This document shows, one piece after another, positions 9,145-19,414 of a DNA stretch of 20,000 bases. The notes under the pieces were generated by a model, which saw only the letters and a list, made by a program, of their open reading frames with translations, was not told where the DNA came from and ran no database searches. Both the position numbers and the translations under genes were made by a program. How positions within the stretch are numbered: position 1 is the first letter of the stretch; each line of letters opens with the position of its first letter. The DNA comes from Catajapyx aquilonaris (Eukaryota): assembly GCA_000934665.2 (NCBI GenBank), contig KZ538342.1, positions 61,093 to 81,092 of the forward strand, read 5' to 3'.

Positions 9145-9739
9145 CAGTGAGACCTCATACTTCGAATGCCCCTTACTTCGAAAGAAAATTCGTGAGAAAT
9201 TCGATCTGCAGTTCGAACGATGCACACAGTTAAAAAAAGCTGTTGTTGCATAAACGCAGTATGTTTTGTGTCCAAGTCATCTCTCGCTGTGAAAGCATCT
9301 CTTGCATTACGCTCATGTGTTTGCAGTGCTTTTATCACTTTATTTTTGGTGCGTTTGGTTGTACACATAACGAAATGTGACTCTCCTTCCAAACAGTCAC
9401 CTCTCTCTTCCTCTCTACCTTCCTCTCCACCAGCCACACAGGTCATCACTACTCACTTGTAGAGTACCAGTAATTGCAATTTTCATGTTATTACACAATA
9501 TTATTTTATGTATTTTATTGTTTCCATGTTTTAATTTATTATTTAGGGCATTTAATTGTGTTATGTTTATCCTAAATTATGTGTATTTGCTGTAGTTGAT
9601 CGAAATGGGTATTGTTTTGGGTCTGGGATTAAATAACTTTACATTACTTCTTATGAGGAAAATAGATTGGAACTTCGAACAATTTGGAGTTCGAATGATC
9701 TCCTGGAACGAATTCAGTTCGAAGTACGAGGCACCACTG
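9145..9739. mobile_element. pogo/Tigger-type MITE (~595 bp)
   Basis: TA|CAGTGAGACCTCATACTTCGAA ... TTCGAAGTACGAGGCACCACTG|TA (18/22 complementary, TA TSD on both sides), with multiple subterminal TTCGAA motifs. Confidence 0.87.
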
Positions 9740-9879
9740 TATTATAAACTTGTTGTTACTCACATCACATGTGAATACCAATGCTACTTGAGTAGTTATC
9801 AAATGACAATTAGCAATGCTAGTTACATTTGGCGAATCAGGTTACTTGTCTCTACCAAGCTACTATTTCACACATTTAG

Positions 9880-10871
9880 GTTTGCTTGCACCACCACCAC
9901 CACCACCACCACCATCACGTGCCAAACACAAAAAGTGCCAGAGTAATGCAAGCAAGTCTTACATGTGCATTGCATGTGGTGCCACTCACCAGAAAGTTGC
10001 TGACCTGCTGCGGCATCTTCGTGAGAATCAGCACTTGGGATGCATCTGCTCCCTCTGTGGATTCCAATCTGACAGTGAAGATTCCCTGAAACAACACTTG
10101 TTCATGCATGACCACCCAGAACCATTCCAGTGTGCTGTGTGCTACTTGAGGTTCCGAACTCGTACTGCCCTGCGCCTGCATGTTCCAAAGCACTCCACCG
10201 AAACACCATGGACTTGCCCCGAATGTTCAAGAGGATTCAAGTGGAAACATGCTCTCCGCAACCACATGTTAGTTCACTCAGCTGAGAAGCGTCATCTGTG
10301 TGACCAGTGTGGGTTCAGCACATCATACAAAAGCACCTTCCGGGAACATGGTCTCACACACTCTGGTGAAGTATTCTGGTGTCCTCATCCTGGTTGCAAA
10401 TTCAAGGCAATACGCAAGCAAAATTTGAATGCTCATTTGCTGACCCACAGGAAGGAGAAACCTTATCAGTGTGAAGTGTGTGGTGAATCATTTTCACTGG
10501 CAAAGAACATGAGGCGACATGCCTTAAAGCACGGGCCGGGCACCAGCTTTACGGAATGTCCTGTGAATAATTGCAGCTTTCGGACCACAAGGGTTGACAA
10601 ATTGAAGGACCATCTCCGGAAGAGTCACCAGGATCTGGACACTAAGGACTCAAAGGTTAAGGGCAAAAGCAGGAAGAAGAAAGAAGGACACACAAACATC
10701 GTAATTTATACCAAGTCACCAAATGCAACTAGTGTGAAGTCAGGGATGAATGTGAATTCTGCCTTGCCTGTTAAACCAGTGGAGGACTTGTGCTTAACTA
10801 TAGAAATGACTCCTGAACTGATGCAGCAGATGGTGCTGATGAATGCAGCGCCTAAAAGTGATGGCACGTAA
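9880..10871 (+). CDS. BTB-ZF gene, last exon: poly-Pro tract plus 8 C2H2 zinc fingers
   Basis: Acceptor tttcacacatttag at 9878-9879, phase 1, compatible with the BTB exon donor (a direct join gives 494 aa). Eight C-x2/4-C...H-x3/5-H units with linkers such as HRKEKPYQC and HSAEKRHLC. Stop TAA at 10869-10871. The link to the BTB exon is inferred. Confidence 0.88.
9891..9914 (+). repeat. (CCA)8 coding microsatellite encoding a poly-proline tract
   Basis: Direct reading of the sequence; frame LLAPPPPPPPPSR. Confidence 0.9.
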
Positions 10872-11415
10872 TGTGTGAAAATGAGGCTGTTATAAAGTGT
10901 ACATAGTGTTCAGTGTTTGGTTGAATGGTTCTGCAAAAATCAAAATCCAGGCAAACTTGTTTTCCCTTTGTGATTGCATTAGAAATCCTAACTGAAAAGA
11001 CACTCGCTGTCAGAAGACTGATGCATATGTATGGAGCAGTCTGCGTGTATTACCAGCATTTTTTTGTACTTTTGCATATTGATGTAGTTTTGCATTTTGG
11101 GATAAAATCAGTTTTTTAGATGAACAGTGCTTTGGATGTTTTTTAATGATTACCATGACACTTGTAGTTTAAATTATATAGATTTCTTTCTCTCAAAAAT
11201 AATAATTAAGACTTTTTGGCATTTCTCTGTAGATGCTTGAACAGACGTACACAAGATACAAAGCAGTACATAAATGAAGGAAGAAAGTTGCACAAAGAGG
11301 CCTATAGTGCAGTCTTAAATTAGAACATAAATATATCCATAATCGATGATAATCACAATATCGCACATGGTAGAGGCAGCTGCATTTTTCTTGTAATAGA
11401 TGGAGCAGAGGCATC

Positions 11416-11504
11416 CTATATCTTTTCATTGTTGGATAATAATAGGTGTTGGTCTTCTTGGGCTACTACTTCCAAAGCCTTTTGAGTGACTAACGCAAGA
11501 GATT
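11416..11504 (-). CDS. SLC7 gene A exon 8 (C-terminus)
   Basis: SLALVTQKALEVVAQEDQHLLLSNNEKI*; acceptor ttctcgtttcag; resembles the LAT C-terminal 'QKLMQVV' helix; TAG at 11418-11416. Confidence 0.87.
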
Positions 11505-11837
11505 CTGAAACGAGAAAATCTCCCATGTTACTAGAAATGATCATGTTGAAGTGAAATTAGTGCTAAATCAGGGTAGGTATGTCTCTGGTTGCTAACTGGG
11601 GTTGTGTGAAAGGCATTGCCGTGGCATCTCATAGTAATTTTGTCATCTGCAGTGTACAGTAACTTGCAATGAAGTTCATATATATCCTAAACAAATTATG
11701 ATGTAATAATTTTGTAAATTGTGATCTTAGCTATGATTATGTGGCACTAACCCCTCTGCAGTAAAATACTGTTTAATTTATAAAGTTGCCTCATTGCCAT
11801 GAAGCAAAATCATGCTATACATATTTCAACAACTTAC

Positions 11838-11930
11838 CATAAGCCTTATTTAAAGCTGCTGGTCTATTGGTCCACCTTACCCCAACATAAAATACGGGAA
11901 TGCCACTTAGTGTAATGAGACTTCCCACAG
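11838..11930 (-). CDS. SLC7 gene A exon 7 (TM12)
   Basis: VGSLITLSGIPVFYVGVRWTNRPAALNKAY; acceptor ttgtttcag after a 63-nt intron, donor G|gtaagt. Confidence 0.9.
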
Positions 11931-11993
11931 CTGAAACAAATAATGCCAATCAGATCTTGGTACTAGGCAATTCAATAATAATAATCAACCAAC

Positions 11994-12228
11994 CTGAGTT
12001 CCATGGCTCCGCTACTGCAGACACCACTACCAGGAACAAAGAGCATAAGAGGAAAATGATGGGAACAATGATGGGCACCACTATTGGCCTGGGCATGAAT
12101 GGCCTGGTGTATCGAAGGTAGATCAGCACCAAGACACTAGCCCCGGTTGCAACCCACAATACGAAGCTGCAGTAATTGATGAGAAGATACACGTCACTGG
12201 TAAACAGCATCAACACTGTCACCATGCC
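11994..12228 (-). CDS. SLC7 gene A exon 6
   Basis: GMVTVLMLFTSDVYLLINYCSFVLW...LRYTRPFMPRPIVVPII...AEPWNS; acceptor attttccag, donor G|gttggt. Confidence 0.9.
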
Positions 12229-12294
12229 CTGGAAAATGCACAATAGGGCTACCATCAGACTTTGGTTCGCGAGAATATTTTTCCAGAAACCTAC

Positions 12295-12495
12295 CGTGAG
12301 AAGCAATGAAGGAATGGGTGTGAAGCGTCGAATATGAATGAAAGACAGAAAAGACGGCAAGTGCCCTTCTTGTGAACCAACAAAGAAGAGACGAGACGTT
12401 GTGAAGAGTGTGCCATTGACACTTCCAAATGTCGAAAGAGCAACGAACACTGGCACCGCCCATTGCAGATAGCCAAACAGCTTTCTGCCAAATGT
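12295..12495 (-). CDS. SLC7 gene A exon 5
   Basis: TFGRKLFGYLQWAVPVFVALSTFGSVNGTLFTTSRLFFVGSQEGHLP...TPIPSLLLT; 64-nt upstream intron, donor ACG|gtaggt. Confidence 0.93.
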
Positions 12496-12559
12496 CTAAT
12501 AAAACAAAAGGTGTCAGTATCATCAGAAATAAGGATGGTCCAATACATTACAAACTTAC

Positions 12560-12683
12560 CACCGCAACTGCAGGAGATGAAAGCATCTCATCCGCCGACA
12601 AAACGGAAAAGTACGACACGTTGGCCATCACGTACACTAAAGTCACGATAGGCACTCCGATCCAGATGGCCCTGGGCAGATTC
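12560..12683 (-). CDS. SLC7 gene A exon 4
   Basis: [41 protein letters not shown]; acceptor ttttcgcag, donor GTG|gtaagt. Confidence 0.93.
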
Positions 12684-13665
12684 CTGCGAAAATTAGTCAC
12701 ATTGTGAAGTATGGATATGGACAGGGACGACGTGAAGTTCAGGTGTTAGCCCAGTTCCCCAGATCGTGCTTCTCTACAGACGAAGCTTGTTACCAGCCTT
12801 GTTTTTCTTGGCCGTGAACGTCACGCACCGCAAAGTTCGAGGACGTAACAAAAAATCTGGGAAATACATCTGCAGACTGGTAAGCTAATATCATCAGTGG
12901 AGAGGATAAATTTAAACATTGATTGATTCGCAAAAGTCCTTCCCCCAACCTTTCTATATCGGTTCTATTTATACGTAAGAAGGAGAGCAAGCTGATTAGG
13001 AAGCTGCTTTCTAAGCCCATTTCATTGCCCCTGAAAGGAGAACAAAGCATCAAATTATTCGAGAACCCACCCTATACTTTATCACCGCATGAATTTTTCA
13101 ACAAACTCCGCTTTTAGATGTTCCAGCCATCAACTTGTTGCTCAAGCCAATCGATCTGCTATAAAGTTTCTACGGAATCAAAAACGCTAATGTGAAGCAG
13201 TGGATGTTTGTCCTATAGAACATAACAAGTGGGTGTGTTACAGGTTCCATTTCTATATGTGCTAACTTTTTGACCACTGGCGAAATTACATTATTCGGAG
13301 GTGTTGGCGTACCTCATATGTATCCCGTGACAGTCTGAGGACAGAAATAGGGTTAATGGTCATTTCAGAATGTTGTTTCCGTACATAAGTTATCGTGTCA
13401 GCAGAAAGTCGACTTCGTCCCAAGGTTTCAAAAAAGAAGGGACTTTTTATCAACTGAACCGAAAAGGTCACCCCCCGAGAGTTGCCTACTGACGATAGTT
13501 TGTCACCTACGACGTCACATTTTGTTGCTTCATATCCCCCGATAGCACAGTTGGAAAATTCAGAGCCTACAAGGGGTCTAATTAACAGCTGGAGAAGTCC
13601 CTCGTTAATGGAACAAAAGGGGCTGATTGGGATGCAAGGAATATCAAAAGGTGTATATAGCATAC

Positions 13666-13807
13666 CTGTATGGATCTTTCAGTTCCTCTGTAACCAAATT
13701 GAGGCAGTTCCATCCTCCGTAGGCAAACAAACCGGAGTAAAAGGCCAGAGATATATGACCCACGTTGTACTCGCCTTCGAACGGGGCGTGCAAATGTTCG
13801 GTACCGC
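13666..13807 (-). CDS. SLC7 gene A exon 3 (TM6)
   Basis: [46 protein letters not shown]; acceptor tactttcag, donor AG|gtatgc. Confidence 0.93.
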
Positions 13808-15024
13808 CTGAAAGTAAAGAATAATGGCTTTCAAATACCATAACTTGCGTTGCACGTGTACGCGAATAATTGTTCAACGCGAAGGGATTTATTGCAACTT
13901 CGCTAATTGATGTATTGCACATGTGCGTGGGGTATTTCTCTTTTTCGTAATCATATGATAATGATCACTTTCATTGGTTTTGCCATTCTTCGTGCCATTT
14001 ACGTGAGCGAAATTGGCAGAATGTATTAGAATTGTGACTATTGAATATGCTGATTAATATACAATGCACTTATCAATGTATAGGGAGGGTGTAATCAAGT
14101 TCCGCGTTTTGAATCCATGAAATCAGTTGCATATCATTGCACTTTGCGTATGAATATGTACGAGAGTAACTCCTCCTGGTGTACGTATATAGAAGGGATA
14201 ACGTGAACAACTCCCTGTGTGATTGAGGTTAATGAAAGTTTATAGGCTCTTCGTAACTTGTATTTTATTTAAATGAGTTACGCCCCTGTCTTTCTAAGGC
14301 TACGTCTTATGAATGGCGAGGAATAACGAACCCTTTCGCAATTCCACGCCTATAGGATCCCTTTCGCATGATGAAATACTGCAGATGAAGTGTTTCATCA
14401 ATGACACCGATAGCGAAGATACCGAATGACCTTTGATGACTAATTTGAATAATAGCGGAATTCAGGGGGTAACGTTATTCATACGGCATTTCCCACCCCG
14501 AAGCAATAATAATTACAGCCACAATTTAAATATCCGGTTATAGCACATGACGTCTATTAAAATCTGACAGTCCGCCACCCTGTCGCCAAAAATATGCGTT
14601 ACGTGGGTCGACAGTCGCGACATTATTTGCTTCCACCTCCTCAAAAATCATTTGTTTGCGAGTTCCTAAGAAAGGAAAAGTTGGTCGCAAGTGTCACCAA
14701 ACAATATTGACAAAACTCGATCCGAGGTCTTGTTGACCGCAAGGGTTGAATAAACACGGGCCGATGCCCTTACCTCATTTCTTACGCGATATGCACCGGG
14801 AGCCTGACATGCATATAGGGCGACGAAGGAATTTTCGGTGCAACGTAACTTAGAGGCGGACAGGTCAGTGATGAATATGACCGTGACTCCGATCAACACG
14901 TGCTTGTACAAATGACACTCGAAGCCATTGGTTGCATAATTTGTTGGTAACTTCCTCGAATATATGCCGGAAGTTGGTTTCCGGAGTTAAGAGGCTCATC
15001 AAGGAAATGCACTGAGTCGCGTAC

Positions 15025-15150
15025 CTGTGAACATGTACACTATTCCGGCGACGATTATGACGATCAGGGCTATTAGCTTGGCCGCCGTGAAGAAATCTTG
15101 GATCCGCATGGCCCAGCGCACACTGTAACAGTTGACAGCCGTCAATAAAC
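15025..15150 (-). CDS. SLC7 gene A exon 2
   Basis: [41 protein letters not shown]; acceptor tttctcgcag, donor G|gtacgc, phase 1-1. Confidence 0.93.
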
Positions 15151-15884
15151 CTGCGAGAAAGGACCAATTAGTGGTGGCTATACACTTAATCGTGACATGC
15201 TCTTAGTCTGGGTGATTGATAATTTTGTTTGCGCCTGCTTTGCCTATTAATTAGCTGCTTACAGGGTGGTTCATTCAAGACGAACTGGCCAAAGAGTAAG
15301 GCAGAAATTTAACAAATAATTTGAATAATATACGGTAGATGAGACGTTTAGTAATAAGGTAGTATAATGCTCGAAGCTGTCTCAAGTATAGAGATGTGAT
15401 TTTCCATAATCAAACGTCAATTAGTAATTAGGAAAAAATTGAAGTTCTTTGAAATAATGTGGGAATTCCATAGTTATCTGAAATGTATGCGTTGACAGTT
15501 TGCCAGCGATGGGGTTTTGTCCGGTACGACGCAAAGCGCGATACCAAAATAGTGTGTCAGGGTTTCAGAAATAGGTCCTGCAGTGCAACATTTCGAGGTC
15601 CCGGGCAAGTGATGGGTATAGCAAGTCATCTTGATGACCTTCGTTCACTTGTACGCTTTTTAGGTACAATTATCTGAACAAAATCGTGAGATTTTACCAC
15701 AATTTTTTTAAAGCTATAGAAAACACATGATGACGTCCGTGGTTATGCAGTATAATTATCTAAATTTGGATATTTCATGGCCTGTTTTGGTGATTCGTAT
15801 ACGCATGCATGAAGATGATTGACAGGTTTCAGGAATATCATCGCAGGATTTTGACCCTTTGATTTTTTTTGCGGGTGAACTTAC

Positions 15885-16335
15885 ATATGCAGACTCCGGC
15901 CAGTAGAAGCACCGCATACTCCGGGGGATCACAGTCGGTGAAGAACGGTTTGGCCACATACTGGGCGAAGGTGATGGCCACCACTGCCTGTTGGGTGGGC
16001 CTGATGATGACCAGCACCGTCCAGAGACTAAGAAACGCTGGTAGGGGCCCAAAAGCCTCGAGAATGTAGGCATAGTCTCCTCCTGACCTGGTGATAGCAG
16101 TGCCCAACTCGGCATAGCACAAGGCGCCCAAAAGCGAGAAAATCCCGCTCAAAGTCCAAACGAGCAGCGCCACCCCAACCGACCCCGAATACAGAAACAC
16201 CCCTTTGGGCGACACGAAGATCCCGGACCCGATGATGGACCCAACGATAATACCCACTCCATTGAACAGCGTTATCTTCCTCTTCAGCTCAACCCTCTCC
16301 TTTCCCGCGCTGACGTCGCCATTTTGCTTGCTCAT
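15885..16335 (-). CDS. SLC7 L-type amino acid transporter light chain (LAT/JhI-21-like), gene A exon 1
   Basis: MSKQNG...[30 protein letters not shown]...ALCYAELG...SGGDYAYI...[13 protein letters not shown] motif of TM1 and the heavy-chain disulfide Cys. In-frame stop upstream at 16420-16422; donor T|gtaagt. Model join(16335-15885,15150-15025,13807-13666,12683-12560,12495-12295,12228-11994,11930-11838,11504-11416) is 1461 nt, 486 aa, with all phases consistent. Confidence 0.95.
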
Positions 16336-18419
16336 CCTGCTGAGGCCTTCAAGCGACGCTACCAACACAAGGGCAATATCACTGCCATCCCGGCCTGCTG
16401 ACCAGATTCCACTGCTTCGTCAGGTCCTCCACAGTACACTGGACCGACTGACCAAGTTCGAGTCCGGAGTGACACTGCTGGGATTTCTCAGGGAGCTTTC
16501 GGATGGTTCCGCGCAGGGGACGCGTCTGAGGGGCGTGGGCGGTGCGACGGTTGGGAGGGGGGGGGGGGTGATTTTTAGCAACGCATTTTTTCCAAAGTGT
16601 CACTCTGGGTTGACCGACATTTGCGGAATAGAGTTATCGATTAGCACTTAGAGAGGGAGGTCAGTCACTATATCGTATTAATAAACTCGCCTGATTTTTC
16701 TGGTGACCTACAGATGCACTTTGTTGGCTGAATGATACATCGCGTCTTTACGATGTTCCACTCACGGTATCGATTGGTGGTTATGTCCGTCCCACGTGTA
16801 GGAAAGTTAGTGAATGGGCTTGGGGAGTCTTGCGGTACTCTATATAGATAAGGATTATTCCCAAGGAGCTCATAAACAGGATGCGGTGGGATTGGTACTT
16901 GTTCGATTTTTTTTTTCTTTTAAATTTCTTGCACGCAGTTTGTGACACCACTATATGTTGGCTGGGTTCTTGTTTGATGGAAGTATGGTAGTGTCATTTC
17001 GTCACACACTATCTTGGCGGGGTTGCCCAGTCCCTTTTGGCACTAAACCCACGCTCCTCAGCCTTGCCAACATCGTGCTGACGAAATTTTGGAATCGAAT
17101 GTGACGAGGCGGGACGGGCGGGAATTTAACTGAAGGCGATTTTTGTTTGCAATCCAAGCTCCTTCACCCTAGTTTATCGCCAAATCGATTACGTCAAAGT
17201 GTCACGTAAGATCATTTCCAAAGGGCGAAAACACCACGCATCAGGAAAACATATTTTGGAGACGGCTGTCACTTCCTATATACATATTCTACGGACATCA
17301 TAATAATACGGATTATTTGTCAAGCTATGCGGTTTCCTGGGGAAGATTGATCTATATACTTGTTGATGTACTATTAGTGTGGGTCCTGAGAAGACGTGAC
17401 GTCAAACGGCGTCGGCAGAGGGTGAATCCAGGGCAGTGACAAAACAGCCGAGACGTCGGGGAAATTGAATGGCTGCCTTCCGAATTGTGACATTTGATTT
17501 CCTCACTTATACACCCGACCAAACATCAACAGAGGCGAGAGTCTGCTGCCTCATCTGTGCTCTACTGAAGGTGGATCGAATTGGGGGGTGTCGCGTAGAC
17601 TGGCCTAATACCCACTGAAACGACGAAAGTTGACACCTGTTGCATCGCTTCCCAAAAAGGCACGTGTGTTACTGCATCAGCAGGAACGCGACTCTCACGC
17701 AATTAATGGCTATCGTTTCAAGAGGACTGCTGCGTTGCGATTTTGGGATTTTCAAAGCTAGTGGTTATTAAGTGCACAGTATAGTCCGTACCTAATTATA
17801 TGTAACTCGAGTCACATTCCCATTGTTCCTATATTGAAATGTCCTTGGTTTGGCACCTTATACCACAGAAACCGCATACTAAAATATTTCAGTGGTTTTA
17901 GGATCAATTTGAGTAATTATTCATTCAATATTTTCCTTTACATTGGCCATTTCCTTTTGAGAGATTTTCATGAGATATGCTAATCAACTTGACTCGAGTG
18001 TATTGTGCTCGTTCATATACTTCCAATCATTACCTGTAAAAATGGCACATGCTGATTTTTTAAAATTCGCTCCCATTTGAGTCATGGAAGGTTTTTATGC
18101 GATCAGTTTAAGAAGTCTCGATTTTTGCTTCATTTTAACACGAATGCTATAGAATAAACAATCCATAACTTGTTCGTATACATCCCATCTTGAACCGCAG
18201 AATTGGGCAGTGCATCACCCTGTAGGATTGGAGCAGCGAGAAGTGCCTGAAATGTGGGTTAAACCTGAAGTTACATGCTAGTCGCACGAGGACCTGAATC
18301 GATCGATGTCTCGGATTAGTAAATTTCGCATCGGGTCTTTTAAAAAGTCACACTGGAGCTTTATAAACTGAGTTTTAAAAACTCTAGACAGAATGACCAG
18401 GGCATGAAATCATGCCATA

Positions 18420-18878
18420 TTTATTTATATCTCACGACAAACACATGACAATACGCCAACAACTATACTTTCCTTGCATTTCGTCAAGATTTGTTGTGAA
18501 TTGAAAATATATGCATTAGAACTACCGCATTAAATTACATCATCATTATGCTGTTTGAGGAAGGGTGCCCTGTAATTGAAGACTAATTACCCCTGAATCA
18601 GTATTCAAATGCAGGGTTCCGTTTTGAGCTGATTTCTAGTTATACACGTAATGGAAGTCAGGTATATTCGTTGTTTTTTAAGCCTCCAAAAAATATTAAC
18701 CAATTTGGTTCACTGCAAGCAGCTGAATCGCCACAGTTGGCCTTGCCCCGCACTAAAATGTACCGACTTTTAGCGCAGAAACCACGGCCAGCTCATGAAC
18801 CCACAAACTATCACAGGTACACATCTTGTATATGTCATACAACAGGCAATGTTTATGCTGCTGTTCTTGTTTTTTATT
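18420..18878 (-). terminator. Candidate polyadenylation signals of SLC7 gene B
   Basis: AATAAA on the minus strand at 18878-18873 (just after the stop codon) and at 18425-18420. Confidence 0.4.
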
Positions 18879-18882
18879 CACG

Positions 18883-18947
18883 TCAATCCGACTTGCCATC
18901 TTGCGCTGCACACATGAACAACTTAGCGGCCACTTGATTGATTCCAG
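18883..18947 (-). CDS. SLC7 gene B last exon
   Basis: GINQVAAKLFMCAAQDGKSD*; 61-nt intron, acceptor ttccatttcag; TGA at 18885-18883. Confidence 0.85.
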
Positions 18948-19008
18948 CTGAAATGGAAGCAAACGTTTATAGCCCATACTTGCAGTGTAGTGTGCATTTA
19001 CGACTTAC

Positions 19009-19186
19009 CAGATAGCTTCGTTAAGCAATGTGCCTTCTTTTTCCATTGGATGAAAATGAGATAGGCTGGAACACCAGAAACAATAATGGCAGTTCCCATC
19101 CCAACTTCCATTGGACTCACGTAAAACGGGAGGCATACCAAGGTGAAACACACCAGAAAGAAAACTATTGGAAGTAGTATGTGTAC
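19009..19186 (-). CDS. SLC7 gene B penultimate exon
   Basis: VHILLPIVFFLVCFTLVCLPFYVSPMEVGMGTAIIVSGVPAYLIFIQWKKKAHCLTKLS; acceptor gctttccag, donor G|gtaagt. Confidence 0.9.
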
Positions 19187-19264
19187 CTGGAAAGCACAGA
19201 GTTTGAAGGTTAGAGGGCAAAGACCACATGGTAATTGAAGTGACGCTGGCAGACAGCGACGTAC

Positions 19265-19414
19265 TTTAATTGGTCGCTCATAGTGAGGCTTCTTCACCCT
19301 CATCCACAAGAGACCGGCCACGGAACAGGTTTGGAACAGGGCTTCTACGAAGCTCATGTAATTAATCAACGTGTAGACGTCCTTAATTATTAACATTACA
19401 ACAGTCAGGATTCC
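19265..19414 (-). CDS. Second SLC7 LAT-type light chain (minidiscs-like), gene B internal exon; upstream exons lie beyond the window
   Basis: GILTVVMLIIKDVYTLINYMSFVEALFQTCSVAGLLWMRVKKPHYERPIK; acceptor tctctttag, donor AAA|gtacgt. Confidence 0.9.

Noticed and set aside
8694..9462. ORFs 8694-8912, 8949-9449 and 9220-9462 as transposase or novel genes
   Set aside because: They lie within or across non-coding repeats and a MITE boundary, with no DDE/HTH motifs. The second repeat copy is frameshifted relative to the first.
9886..10089. Poly-His ORF (MHHHHHHHHHH...)
   Set aside because: Alternative frame of the (CCA)n repeat inside the zinc-finger exon, not a separate gene or a vector His-tag.
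15262..18222. CAGGGTG (15262) and CACCCTG (18216-18222) as TIRs of one 3-kb element capturing SLC7-A exon 1
   Set aside because: Similarity extends little beyond the common TACAGGGTG terminus, and exon 1 is an ancestral part of the gene. They are more likely ends of two unrelated decayed mariner-type elements.
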